A DNA stretch of 64,000 nucleotides from the NCBI GenBank assembly GCA_001179505.1, contig CDMY01000320.1, positions 58,750-122,749 of the forward strand, written 5' to 3'. Below the pieces are notes generated by a model that ran no database searches, was not told the origin of the DNA, and was given only the letters and a program-made list of their open reading frames with translations. A program made the translations under genes and the position numbers. This document shows, in pieces, positions 1 to 12,600 of the stretch. This stretch comes from Vitrella brassicaformis CCMP3155. Its lineage: Eukaryota > Protista > Chromerida. Within the stretch, counting starts at the first letter, position 1. Each line of letters opens with the position of its first letter.

Positions 1-420
1 CCCCATCTTCACCCTGGTGGACTGTGCCAGGACGCCCTCCATGCCGGAGGGGTCCACGGCATCCTACACAGTCGAAATGCAGTACAGAAAGGCCAACGAC
101 AGTGAATGATGGAACGTACTTTATGGCGTTTGGGTGTTTACGTGCAGTTCGGAGGAGGCGCGGTGCATCCGCGATGCGGTGAAAGATGCCGACTCACGGA
201 GCGTACTGATCAAGAGCGACGGCGGATCCTACACCACTGGCATACCCGGTGCGTGGCTGCACCCACTGCACACATGGCTTCAACAATTGCCTCATTGTCC
301 GCTGTGGCGTGTGTGTGTGCGTGTGCGTGTGGTTCAGGTGCGGATGGCAAGTACAACGAGAGGTACCTGGAAGAGGCCGTTGAGGACACAGTCGAGACGC
401 AGCTTGAGAAGGACAGATAG
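1..420 (+). CDS. 3' end of a spliced gene of unknown function (window-truncated)
   Basis: Plausible GT-AG introns at ~102-147 and ~249-337 join exons reading ...SEEARCIRDAVKDADSRSVLIKSDGGSYTTGIP|GADGKYNERYLEEAVEDTVETQLEKDR* (TAG ending at 420). No domain recognised. Confidence 0.45.
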
Positions 421-810
421 ATAGATGAGACGCACACGCCACTCAGTTCTGTTCGGACGCAGGACGTGTGTTACTTGATCTGTTTGTTGGTCGATGGACG
501 TGTGTGTGGATGGAATAAATGAAGCCGAGCCGCACGATTCAGATGGACTCATTTGTCCGTGTGACCGCATCGAAACGTTACATAGCGCTCACATTCATCA
601 TCAGTTCCATCATCAGTTGGCCAGGCCTTTTTGCGTCGAGAATAATGACCGCGACGAGACAATTTACCAAAAAGCATCTGTCCGGCGACCTCCCCTGCCC
701 AGCCGTGCCACAAACAACAAGACCACCGCCACCACACACACCAGCGGTGGCAAAGACGACTGGGCTTCGTTTGGTGGCGACCGCGGCAGCGTGCCCTGCG
801 GGAGAGGGCC

Positions 811-870
811 GTAGAGATGCCGGTGGCTGAGGAGCCGGATGAGGTGTGTGCCGACGTGGGCGAGGAGGAG
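811..870 (+). repeat. ~60 bp direct repeat module (VE[M/V]PVAEEPDEVCADVGE), copy at the kinase 5' end
   Basis: gtagagatgccggtggctgaggagccggatgaggtgtgtgccgacgtgggcgag matches 2971-3030, 60809-60868 and 62948-63005. Confidence 0.9.
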
Positions 871-2970
871 CCGAGCATCCTCCCCCTGCCGCACCTCAGC
901 AACACGGCCGCCACACGCCTCCCCGACCACCGCGGCACCAGCGAGGCCGGCAGCAGCCGAGAGGCCGCGGGAGCACCAAGCCCGTCAGTAGAGGGGGAGG
1001 GAGAGGGTGAGGGTGAGGGGGAGGAGGGCGATGAGTGGCTGGCCGACTTGGGCGAGGAGGAGACCCCCATCAGCCACCTTCTTTGCAGCAGCAGCCCTTT
1101 TAGCATCGCCACTCGGGATGTAGCCGACACAACGAACGAGGATAGCAAATCGCAACAAGGCAAGTGGCGGACTGACTGGTCAGTCAGCCAGTGTGATTGG
1201 TTGATGGTCATGAGTTCAACTGTCGTATGTCTGTTGGCTGGCTCTGCGTTGCCTTCCGTTGCTCTCTCTATGTGCAGGTGTGTCAGTGGCCGAGCCGTGT
1301 GGCGAAGGACCCCCTCCCGCCCCTACCCTCGCACATGCACCACCCGCCATCCTGCGCCTGAAGAGCGGAGCCGAAGTAGAGCTCCGAGTCAAGCTCGGCG
1401 AGGGCACTCGCGGCAAGGTGATGGCCGGCGTGGTCAACAGGCGATGGATGGCCTTCAAAATGGCCATTAGGGGGGCGGCCAGCCGGACCATCTGCGAGGA
1501 GATGGAGGCCGAGAGGGCCACGATGGAGAGGCTGCAGCAGCGGAGGAGGGAGAGGGGTGAGATGGGCCTGTTTCTCGACATCTACGACTACGCGGGCCCC
1601 TCTGACGGCGCCACGTTCCGCGCGAGCCCCTCTGAGCCGCCGCAGGAGTGCCTCTACCTGGCCCAGCAGCTCGTCAACGACCCGCCCAGCAGCGACACGT
1701 TTGTGTGCCTGAACGACCTGCTGTGGGAGGAGAGCGGCGGGCTCAACCTGGCGGGCATCTCAGCAGCTCATCCACCCACACAGCCGGTCTTCGACAAGGC
1801 CATGGGGATGATTGGCAAGTTGCTGATGATGGTTAGGGCGCTGCGTGAGGCGGTCAGGGGCACCGGAGGGCCCTGGAGGACTACGACTCAATGCTGCCCT
1901 ACCACTGCATGAACAACCTCTATGTCCGCAGGAGCGCCATCGCACGGGGTAAGTAAATCGATAGGTCACACACACACACGCACATACACACACAGACAGA
2001 CAGACCATCAATCGCACACACCACAGATACGCACATGATGATTCCGCTTTGGTAAGTTACTTGCATTGCTTTTGTGTCGATATGATGTGGCTTGCCTGGC
2101 TCAGGTCATAGCGACGTGTCTGAGGCCGCCAACGTGATCTTCATTGACCACGGCAACACCCTTCACACGCGCACCCCCGGCCCGCTGCTCCGCCGCAAGG
2201 ACGACACCACTCCCCCCCGGCCATACCCCGGCAAAGCCGCCCTCGTGCCCACAGACTCGTCGACCAGGGAAGTGGAGCGGCAGCTGGCCGGTTTCACCAA
2301 CTTCGGCGGCGCCCCAGAGCAGCTGCTGTACTGGCATCGGCGGCGGCAGCTGCTCAACGATTGGTCGCAGAGAGTGGGCCCGTTCTACTTTGAGGAGCGA
2401 GAGATTCGCGGGGCAGACGGCCAGCTGTGCCGACAGAATGTCCATTCTATGGCCAATTCCGCCGTTGACGAGCTGCGGGCCGACAGGGTGGTGCCTGCTG
2501 CCCCTAAGCCTGCTCAGGGTGTGTGGATGGGCGAGCCGACGGTGGCCTTCCAGTTCGGCCTTCTCATCCACAACGTCCTCCGGGCCGAGCGGTGGCAAAG
2601 GATGCTGGAGCGGCTGGAGTCGTGGGCCGACAAATCCCACATAGAGCCGCCGGATGGCGCCACTGAGGTCGACAAGGCGATCTGCGCTCTCGGCCCCGGT
2701 TTCTACCGGCACATGCAGCAAGGCCTGCTTGCCCTCAGCTGGCGCCACACCTTCTCGCTCATTTCCGAGCCCAATGGCCACCTCAAGATGGAGGAGGGCA
2801 GACGGCACCTGCATGAGCGGACACAGGAAGAGGGCCTGGGGTGGCTGGAGGGCGTCTTACAGCGGCTGGAGGCCATCTGTCCAAGCGCCCTGCAGTTCCT
2901 CCCCTCGGAGCGATGCACTCTCGCCCACATCGATGCCAAGCTCTCGGAGGTCCTTGACCTTCTCGAGTCG

Positions 2971-3030
2971 GTAGAGGTGCCGGTGGCTGAGGAGCCGGAT
3001 GAGGTGTGCGCCGATGTGGGCGAGGGGGAG
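2971..3030 (+). repeat. ~60 bp direct repeat module, copy at the kinase 3' end
   Basis: gtagaggtgccggtggctgaggagccggatgaggtgtgcgccgatgtgggcgag, near-identical to 811-870. Confidence 0.9.
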
Positions 3031-3323
3031 CTTTGTGGCTGGCCTCTCTTCTCTTGCTGCTGGTCGGTATCTATCTAGCTTCTCTGATCTCTCCCTCTTT
3101 CTCTCTCCCTAGTCTCTCTCTCTCTCTCTGTTGGCTGTGGTGGTCGTGGCGGACGGAAAGGATAAGAGAAGGGCAGTACAGCCCACAGGAAGGCAAAAGA
3201 AGCGAAGAAAGGCCCACCAGAAGGCCAGCGAGGACAGATACATACCCACACACCGCCCAATACTCTCACTGATGGATGGTGAGTGAAACCAGCACAGCAC
3301 GGCACACACACGCGGATGCATAA

Positions 3324-3364
<41 letters not shown>

Positions 3365-3615
3365 GGCGAGCCGATAGTCCAATCGGTGCCTACTTTTTAT
3401 ATTTCGAAGGTCTCTTGCTTCTCCTGCCGTGCGTTGATTATGTCTCTGTTCATGTGGATTTGGTTGACCTTCCTTGACGGGAAACTGATACGTTGAATGA
3501 CCTGTGTACCAGCACCTACGGACCAACATGTGTGCCCAATCATAAAGACGCTCATATGTAGGTATGTACAATGGCATGCATATCACACATGTCTCAGCCG
3601 CCTGCATCACACCGC

Positions 3616-6600
3616 TCACGCCACTCTGCGGCTGCCAACAACCACCTTGTTCTTCATTCCACAGAGGGTTCCACCGCCTGTCTTGACACACCTGGCCGCA
3701 CTCTCCTTCTGCACCTTCAGCAGCCGATCAACATTGGCAAATATGTCTCGAGGCATCCGAGCGCGCCCATTCGGCCGCTCTCTGTCGTCTTCCTGGTGCG
3801 ACGAAGACGAGGTGCTGGAGACGGCCTCTTCTGTCGGTGACGCCTCTCTCTGCTTCAGGCGAGCATTGAGGTCAATTTCGGTGCCGCAGGGGCCGGCCTT
3901 TTTCAGTCTCCATGCAACGAGCCGGTCCAGCTGCCGATGATATCGACGCAATACACTCTCGCTCCTGCAGTGATTGAAGAGACACACAGGGAGACACGGA
4001 TCGATCAGCATCCGCCTGGCCGGCCACTCTGTCTGACCTGGATCTCTGCAAAGTTTGTTCCTTGTGGTGCCTGGCGATGGGCGAGTACTCCTCCATTGCG
4101 ATGCCGTCATCCCCTTCCCACACCTCCGTCCCGGCCAACGACGACGCAAAGGACATCCGCCGCTGAGCACCGCCCTTGCGCATGGTTCTCAGCCATGTCT
4201 TGATGCTCCGGAGGATCAGCTGTCCCTCCAGGTCCAGCTCTTCGTTTGTCTTCTTCACGCGTGCGATCTCCTCTTGTCTCTTACGCCATTCCTTGAGGAC
4301 GATTGAGGGTCCGCCCTGCGAGTAGCCTGGGGAGCATTGGGCGAGGTCCATCTGAGAGAGGATGTTGGTCACCTGCTCCATCACCTCTCTGAAGGCCCGG
4401 CCGAGACCCCCGACCTCCACATACTTTGATGGGATCTTCTCGATGAAGGTCTCGAGCATGAGGAGCACCTCGCCAATGCGCTCCGGCTCGGTGATCAGGT
4501 GCATGTCTGCCAAGATCTTCTTCCACTGCTCCAGCTCCCGTGCGGCTTTCTGCTGCCGATCCCCGCCGTCATCTGAGTCCTCGTCGCTGCTCTCCTCATC
4601 TAACTTGTCTCGCCTGGGGCCCAGTAGCGATTCTGTGTCCTTTGAGGTGGCGAGTGTCTTGGCCTCGCCGTGATACCCTGATAAGCTCAGCTGACGTACC
4701 ATGCTTTCGGGCATTGCCTCCTCTTCGCTCTCCCTCCTGCCGGCTGTGGATGGGGGGGGCAGCGATGTGTGAGACACCTTAAAGGGCATGTTTCTTCTGT
4801 CTTACCTGGGGCTTTTGGTGCTGGTTTGGTGAGCTTGATGGCGGCAGGCTTTGGTGTGGTGGATGCCGGCGATGCAGGTCGATACACAGACACCCTCGTG
4901 GTGGCCTTCCGACCCTTCTTGAGCTCATGTGAGACGCCACTTGGCGCAAGCTCGGCTTTCCTGCACACATGGTTGAAGATAGTAGGGAAACATCCATCGA
5001 TAGCATGTCTTTCTTCCTCCCTCCCTCCGTACTGTGCATTGAGGCTGAGTATGAAAGTGATGCTTTTGAGCTGCGCCTCGGCGACCGACAGGCGATGGGC
5101 GTAGACGCTGTAGGCCTCTGACTCCTTGACGCTCATCATGTCCACGCTCGACAGGCCCCTCGTCAGCGCCCTGCGGAAGTCTCTGTCTCTGAACGTAGGC
5201 GGCATGGCACTGCTGCTGTCGGCCTTGCTTAGCCCGCGAGGCTCCGTCACGCCTGCCAGGGCTGCCGGCGTGAAAGGCAGGAGCCCTGGCATCAGCTTGA
5301 AGGTCGGCAGCTGGATGCTCGGGTCAAAACACTGCAGCAGCTCCTCCAGGTCCTGAGTAACACGAAACAGGGGTAAGATATCAAGGTTGCGTACGCGATA
5401 GGTGTGGAGGAAAGGGGAGGGATTGCGTGACCTTGATGCTGACAGGCCTGTTGTGGAGGGCCTCTTCCTCTTCTTCTGCGAGCAGCCTCTCCCGATCGCC
5501 CATATGTGCCCATGCATCCCTCTCGGCAGCCTCCCGCTCCTGTTGCAAACGGACCTTCTCCATCTCTTCCATGATCCTCTTCTCGTAGATCTGTAAGCAA
5601 GAGACACAGAAAGGAAAAATGAATGAATGAATGAATGAATGGTGGAATGGTTGAAACGGACGAGACGCGGTCTTTACTTTTGACATTCGTTGCTCGTGTG
5701 CCAGTCGCTTCGCGGCTTGGTCCTCAATGCGCATGAGCTCTTCTTCCTTCTTCCGCTTCCCCTCCTCCTGCTCACGAAACACGGCCTCCAGTGCGAGACG
5801 CTCTCTGATGACAGACAAAGCACAGACACGCGTAACAAGTGCCCATCGTCTGAGTGGAGCTTTTGGCATACGCGGCCAGTTTCTCTTCAAGCTCCTTCTC
5901 CTGGGCCTCCCTGCGTTGGCTCTCGAGGTCAGCTTGCGTCATGAGGCGCTGCTCCATGGCCTCGTTCTGGGCGTCCCTTTCCCTCTCCAGCCGCTGCTGC
6001 TCCTCCTGCTCAGCTTGCAGCTGGGCCTCACGCTTTATGCGCTCCTTCTGCTCCAGCCATTTCCTGACACACACACACACAATGGAGCCAACCCGACGTG
6101 AACAATAGGGTGTCTTCTCGGCTTGCAGAACTTTCTCTCCTTACTTCTCCTTGGCCCGTCGTTTCTGGCGAACCTCGTCCTGGCGGATCTTCTCTTCGGC
6201 CTCACGCTCAGCCTCGAGGTGCCTCTCCTCTGCAATCTTGGCTTGCCTCTCGGCCTCGCGACGTTCTTTCCCCTCCCTGGCCCTCGCCAGCTCCTCGGCG
6301 ATCGCCAACTCCCTCGCCCTCTGTGCTTCTGCTTCTTTGGCAGCCTTGTCCACTAAGTCAGTGGGCACCTCGGTCCCCTTTTGCTCCTCCCCGTCGATGA
6401 AGGCGTCATCGAAGCCGATGCGAGACATGTGGCGAGAGGTGGCACCGGAATAGGATGTGGGCGAGTACGGAACGTAGGCCTCAGGGGGAAGCGACGACTC
6501 GGCCCCCGAGAAGGAGCGTTGGTACGAAATCCGAGACTCCTTGGTGCCGCGACGGGAGAATCGAGGCAAAGACGACTGGGCGCCTTCACGTGAGCTGGCG

Positions 6601-9600
6601 GGGGAGCCCTCACGCGACCTGTGGAGCATGACGTCCGTCAAATGCTCAAGGCGATCGTCCCTCGCAGCGAATGAGATTCCCTTTCGCAGCCTCCCCGCGC
6701 TCTTCTGCGCGTCCTCTGCAGCAGCAATCTCGGCCAGCCGTTCTTCAGCCTCCTTCGGTCCGAATGCCTCCTCAGCTTCTTCAGGCGGCTTTGGGCCGGG
6801 CTTTGCTTTCTCGCCTTTGCCCGGTTTCGCTGCCATAGGTTTTGCCTTGGGGGACGGGGTTTTGGCTTTGGGTGAGGGCAGCTTCGGGATGTCTCGTTTG
6901 CCGGTCAGCGACTCACGCTGTGGAGACCCTTTCTTGCTCTGCGCCACGACTGCGGTGGCCGCTGTCTCCTTTGCAGGCCCCTCACCAACCTCTTGCTTTC
7001 CTTTGGCGACTGATTTGACGGCCGACGATTCATGCCCCCCCTGCTGCAGCACCTTGCCTTTCTGCTCGGCAGGCGTCCTCTTGGTCAATGGCGGCGCTGC
7101 TTTAGGCGATGATTCGTCCCCTTTCTGGAAGCCAATGGCATGCTGCTCCTGCGCCTTTGGCCTTACTGCTGTTGTCTTCTTGCCGGGAGCAGCTGTGATC
7201 GGTGCTGGTTTCTCGAGAGAGAGAGGCTCGGGGGCTTCGGGCTGCCCGGCGACACCAGCCTCTGAAGGCGGCACCAAAGGTGGTTGCTCAGTCGGTTTGG
7301 CCCCGGAATCCTCTGCTGCAGAGACTGCGGTTGGCTGGAGGGTGTCAACAATCGCCGCATCACCATGGACAGCCAGTTCGACGTGAGATGGCTCAGCACC
7401 GACGATGGCCGCTGCTTCCTGTTCAGCTGGCCCAGGCGCCACCTCTTCTCTTGCCTCGTGTCCCACCTCTTCAGGGCCCGCTTCAGCTCCTTCCAGACTC
7501 TCGATGGTCTGCGCAGTGCCCAATCGTCGGCAGATGAGCATCTCTTCTACGTCTTCGTCACGCGCAAACCCAGAGGGAAACGACGATTTGTGCCCCGGGC
7601 TCTCCTCACCCTCCCGTAGCGTTGAGGATGTCTTCTGTACCACCACTCGGTCTTTGACGAATCCACTGGTGACCGATCTGCGATGCTCGGTACCCGAGGA
7701 CGCCTTGCTGTCGTGCTGCGAAGACACGGACGCCTCTTGAGAGCCAGAAACAGCGGCCTGATCGGCGCCTGACTTCATCAGCCAGTCGCGGAACGACTCC
7801 CCGCGTCTCAGTACATCGGACATACGGGTCGCCGCTGTCTCAAACACCTGCGCCGCAGTCTTGTGAACTGCGGCCTGATATGCCGCATCGACGGGAGGCT
7901 CATACGCTGAAGGCGGCTGAGTGGTCGGGTTCTGGGACGGCCGTCTCTGACCGGCGGAAGGGGTGGGACCGACTGACGAAGCCAGCGGCCCCGCTTCAAT
8001 CGACCATGCGGCCATAGAGGTGTCTTCCGTCATCAGGCTTCTCTCAAGAATGCCCTCCAAATCGACCAGACGCATCGGGGCCAGCAGGGGAGGAGACGGG
8101 GGTTTTGGTGGCGAGGGTCCGGCGGAGCGCTTTATCGATCTGACACTTATGATGGATGGTGTCAGAGGCCGTCGGGTGCCGTATGAAGAGGGCCGCTCTG
8201 CATCCGATGCTGTCATGGCAGATGTGGGCCGCGGTGCGTCGCGATCCATCACCAAGGCAAGGGGGATGGCCTGAGGGGTCGATATACGCTCGAACGATCG
8301 GATAGGCCTGCAACCAGGAACCAATGGAACCTTCCAATGTCTCTCTATCCTTCCGCGTACTTGAGAGACGTGGGGGTGCTCGGTTGTCTCTGAGGCAGCT
8401 CAGCTTCACGATAAGACCTCAGCGGCATCGCCGCGCCAGACTGCTGGTACGCCAAGCTCGACACAGACTTATCCGACGACACGTCACCGAACTTAGGCAT
8501 CGGCCGGAAGGACGATCGCATTCCGGCAGGCGGCGGGCGTGGCTTGCGCGTTTTCTTTGGTCTGGGAACGGCCGGGGGTGTGCGTGCTCTCCTGGCCTCA
8601 CGGCTGCGCTCCATCTTGACGAGAGTCATAATCTGCGCAGCAACTTTGGTGTCTTGCTTCGTCTCCACCGCCTCACTTTCAGTCATGGACAGGGGGAAGC
8701 TCATCATGCGCCTTTTCTTAATCTGCGGCTGGTCCATTGCCTCCACTGCCTTACGCAAAGCGGTCACATTAGCGCCGATCGGCCTCTCGCCCTCATCGGA
8801 CTCTGCAGCCCTGCTGGGCTCTTCCTCTGCTACTCGAGGCTGTTCAGCCTTTCTTGCTGGCGACTTGCGAGCAGCAGTATAGGCAGCAGGGTGGCACAGG
8901 ATTTGCCTTAGAGGCGCATCGAGCCACTCCTTGTGCAGATGTGGGTGTGGAGGGGGCCGCGCCGACGGGAGACCGTGCAGCGTCTTCTCCACATCATACT
9001 CTTCCACTAGCGCATCTCGATCAAGAGGGTGCTCCAAGCCGACGGTGTCCATCGTTACGTGTTCGGGGCCTCGCTCAACGGCGGCAGGCGGGGCGTCGGG
9101 CACAGCTGGTGGGAGACATGGGAGCGAGATGGATATATGGAGTGCCGCAGACTTGGCATCCTCTTTTTCGCCTTCATCGTCCTTCAGTGGCTTGATGGGT
9201 GCTGCGGGCGGCATTTTGGGAGGCGCCCTCTCGTGGACTTTGTCATGCAGAGAGGCTGGCAGGGTTGAAAAAGAGGGGTCCTCGGCCACAGAGAGGTCCA
9301 CGCGTTGGGGTGAATTGAAGACGACATTGACGGCTGCGGCAGCGCGTTGGATGAAGGGGTGCCTCACGGTCGAGAGGGAGCTTGGATGAGGGAGGCTCGG
9401 CTTGGCTTCCGCAATGCGTCTCCTCTGCTGATAGGTGAGGAAGGGGAAAAGCTTGTCAACTGCGTGCACGCCGACATGCCGGCTCTCTTGCGTGACGGAG
9501 CATGTCGGCTCCTCCCAGTCGGCGTCTCTCTGTGGCTGTGGCGAGGTAGACAGTAGCAGTCGCAGCCTCCGTTGCTTCATCTCTGCCTGGAAATGTTCCT

Positions 9601-12600
9601 CTCTCGCCTCGTCCTCCACCTCCATTTGCATCCGCTCCCACTGTCCCGTTACGGTGCCGTCGATCGTCTCCATCATCTGCCGAACGTCATGCAGTTTCTG
9701 CTGAGGGTCGAGCCGGTCAAACGTCCTCAGCTCAGAGCTCTTGCGCTTGCGGCGCGCGGACACGCGGGAGCCGATGGGTGTTTGGCGGGCAGCTGTCGCA
9801 GTTGTGGCTGCTGGTGCTGCTGGCACTGAAACCCTGCTGAAGCCAGCTGCCAGTGTTGACTGCCTTCGGCCCGTTTTGTGCTCAGCAATGACAGACAGGT
9901 CCGCAAAAGACTCCATCGGCGTCATCGTGGGCGTCTTGTCTGCCTTGTACTGTTTCTTGGACATGGCTTTGAAATTCTGTTTGGCGTAGCCCATGAGCTG
10001 GGGGTACACGGCTGTGGGCTCCTCCCTGTCGGCAACGTCTGGATGCTTGCGCTTCCTGGCCTGCAGCCGATTGACGTGACGGGTGAGTGACGGGCGGGTG
10101 GGGATGTCCTGTAGATAGGTCCGGTCCTGGTCATATCTTAGCGGATCGTGCTTTCGCATCTCAGCCATCCTGCGAAAAAAGTGCCTTCTCGCTATATGAG
10201 GGCAAGCTTTTTGTGCACATCGGCCGACCTGCAATGTGCTGCTTCAAGGTCACCCATCTCAATGGCCGCGGCGCTCTGCCCCAAGACGGGAGTTGTCGAG
10301 GGAGCGAATAGCCGGATTGTGCGCTGGTTGCTGCCAACAACCAGCGCCATCGGGGCCTGAGGCCGACCCACAACCACCACTCCTGCAGTCATCAACATCA
10401 GAAACGCCACTTGTGTCTGATGCGTACACCTAGTGACCTGTGATCTCGTCGATGGATGTCATAACTCGCAAGGGCAAGCCGTGTGGCGACCACAGAACGA
10501 TTGTACTGGGCGAGGCCGAGAACAGCAAGTTCCGGTGCGGGCTGAGGAACGACAGGCCCACCACCTCCAGTGCATGATACTTCTCATACCACTTGCAGCC
10601 CGCCCTCCTGTCCAGCCGCTGCATGGCGATGTCGCCTGTGCTCAGCCCCAACGCCATGGTCATCCCACTTGCGTCCATGATCCACGCCGTAAATCGAGGC
10701 GGCCCCGTCGCTGGTTTCGCCAGGACGGTGGCGAATCTCGACGACGGGCCTTTGGAAGGCGGGATGAGCGTCACACGCTGCATCAACGTGAGAGACGGCG
10801 ACCGCAGAGGCTCCCAAGGGGGCGGGCGCTCAATCTGCCACATGCAGATGTCGGTGTTGTCGTGAAGGGTGACGATTCTCCCATCATGTGTAGGGACGGG
10901 AGGATGCATGTGGGCCCTCTTGAAGTCACTTGCGATGGGGACGCCTGACACCGTGGTGTCTAGAAGAGATGGCGGGGCAGATGAGGACCAGTCCACCCTC
11001 CCAACTCGCCGAATAGCGCGGCACGGCCCACCCGTCTCCTCCGCGCCGACTGTCAAGATAAGGAATGCGCACCGCTGGTCAGGCGGAGGCGTGGGAATCG
11101 GCTGACTGAATGATGACAGAGTGGCTGGAGGGCTGCTAGCGTCATGGGAGGCCGAGTCCCGCGAGCACAGCAGATAACCGGTGAAGCCTCCGGTAATGTG
11201 CGAGGCGAGGATGAAGGTCAGGTGCCATTCGGTCACGTGGCCAGGCAGCACCGAGGAACCGAAAACGAAAGAGCCCTTGCCGCGTTGTCTCGGATCGGGC
11301 ATTGCCAACATGGGGGCGTCTGGCGCTTCATCGGTGTCATCCCTTGTGCCGTCGATAAAGCTCCACGGGCGGCAGAAGCTCTCTGTAGGCGGGTAGAGTG
11401 GGATGGCACAAATAGCGTTCACAAAATCTGCAGACAAGCACACATAGGGAGGAATGACGGACACCATGTAGGCAGCGGCGGTTTCTGTATTGATTCAGTC
11501 ATACCCTGTTGGCCTGTCAGTCGGTATGTGTGCTGTAGTGTCAGTCGCCTTCTCACGTCCTGTGTCTCCGTGACACCGTACACATCGACGTAACCCTGGT
11601 GGGCATGGGTCACGCAATTCATCTCAATGTCGGCGATTAGTGTCGATTCATCCTCAGGGAAAACCTCGCTGCTCGCTGATGACGACGCAGACGACGCGCT
11701 TCGTGCTGTTGCTGCAAAGTACTGATCAGTGGCATTGCTTTCCGCCGAGGGGACTCGCTTGCGAGGCACCTTGGGCGATCTCGGCGACTCGTATTGCTGG
11801 GAGGATGCCTGTGTCTGAGCGAACAGACGTGGCAAGCCAAGAATGACGACAGAAAGACAGATGAAGAAAATTGACATGTCGCTGCGTACAGTGAGCTCGT
11901 CGATCATCACGAATGGCCCCTTTGACTCCCTCTGGCTGACGGTGGGCCCCGCTTTTGATTTGCCTTTCTTCTTGTCCTCTTTGTCAAAGCTCGCTGGCAA
12001 CGCAGGTTGCTGGAAGCGCCGCAATGCGCCAGCAAATCGCCGCTTGTGGCCGAGGTGCCGGTAGTCCGACGGGATGGGCAGCTGCAGCAGCGATATGAGA
12101 CCCTGGCGGACACCCGCCCCGCTAAGCGTCATCAATGTGACTGGATCGATCTGCGACGCGCGGCGGGGATGCAGAGCACTTCGGTCCAAACATGATTGCC
12201 TACAGTAGCATGCACGAGACACGCGGCCTAATTAGACCTTGAGTTGAGGGGCATGTCTGTCTACTTGTATGCAGGTGTGTCACCAAAGGGGCGAGAGAGC
12301 CGTGTGGTCGGGCAGGATGAGGGAGACATCCCGGAACACACCATGTGCCAGCTTCACAACTGTCTCGGCCATCGTATGGATCTACAGACACACAGAAAGA
12401 GATAGATTGACCCAATGTGCACACAGGGGTACAGCAATCCAGTGGGTACTTGGACACATTGCAGGGCCTTGTCGTGTGCCACGATGAGGTACTGAAGCCC
12501 TGTTTGCGGCGAGCTGTCGGCCACCATCCGAGAGATGAACTTGTGCGACCTGCTGACGAGATCGGCTGGCGGACGGGGCGTCTCTGACTCGGAGTCGGAG

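Larger units (their letters stand above)
649..3078 (+). pseudogene. Divergent Ser/Thr protein kinase-like gene, copy 1, disrupted
   Basis: Exons ~817-1159, 1278-1948, 2105-3078. Kinase motifs in order: KLGEGTRGKV (1391-1420), AFK (1451-1459), helix-C EEMEAE, catalytic loop equivalent LP[Y]HCMNN (1894-1917), VIFIDHG (DHG 2146-2154), GGAPEQ (APE 2311-2319). Relative to copy 2 it lacks one G at ~1857-1860 (frameshift), has TAC instead of GAC at 1900-1902, and has a GC instead of GT donor at 1160. Confidence 0.75.

Noticed and set aside
811-3030. Kinase unit as an LTR/TRIM retroelement
   Set aside because: The terminal repeats are ~60 bp, coding, lack TG..CA ends, PBS and PPT; the unit contains spliceosomal introns and no gag/pol remnants.
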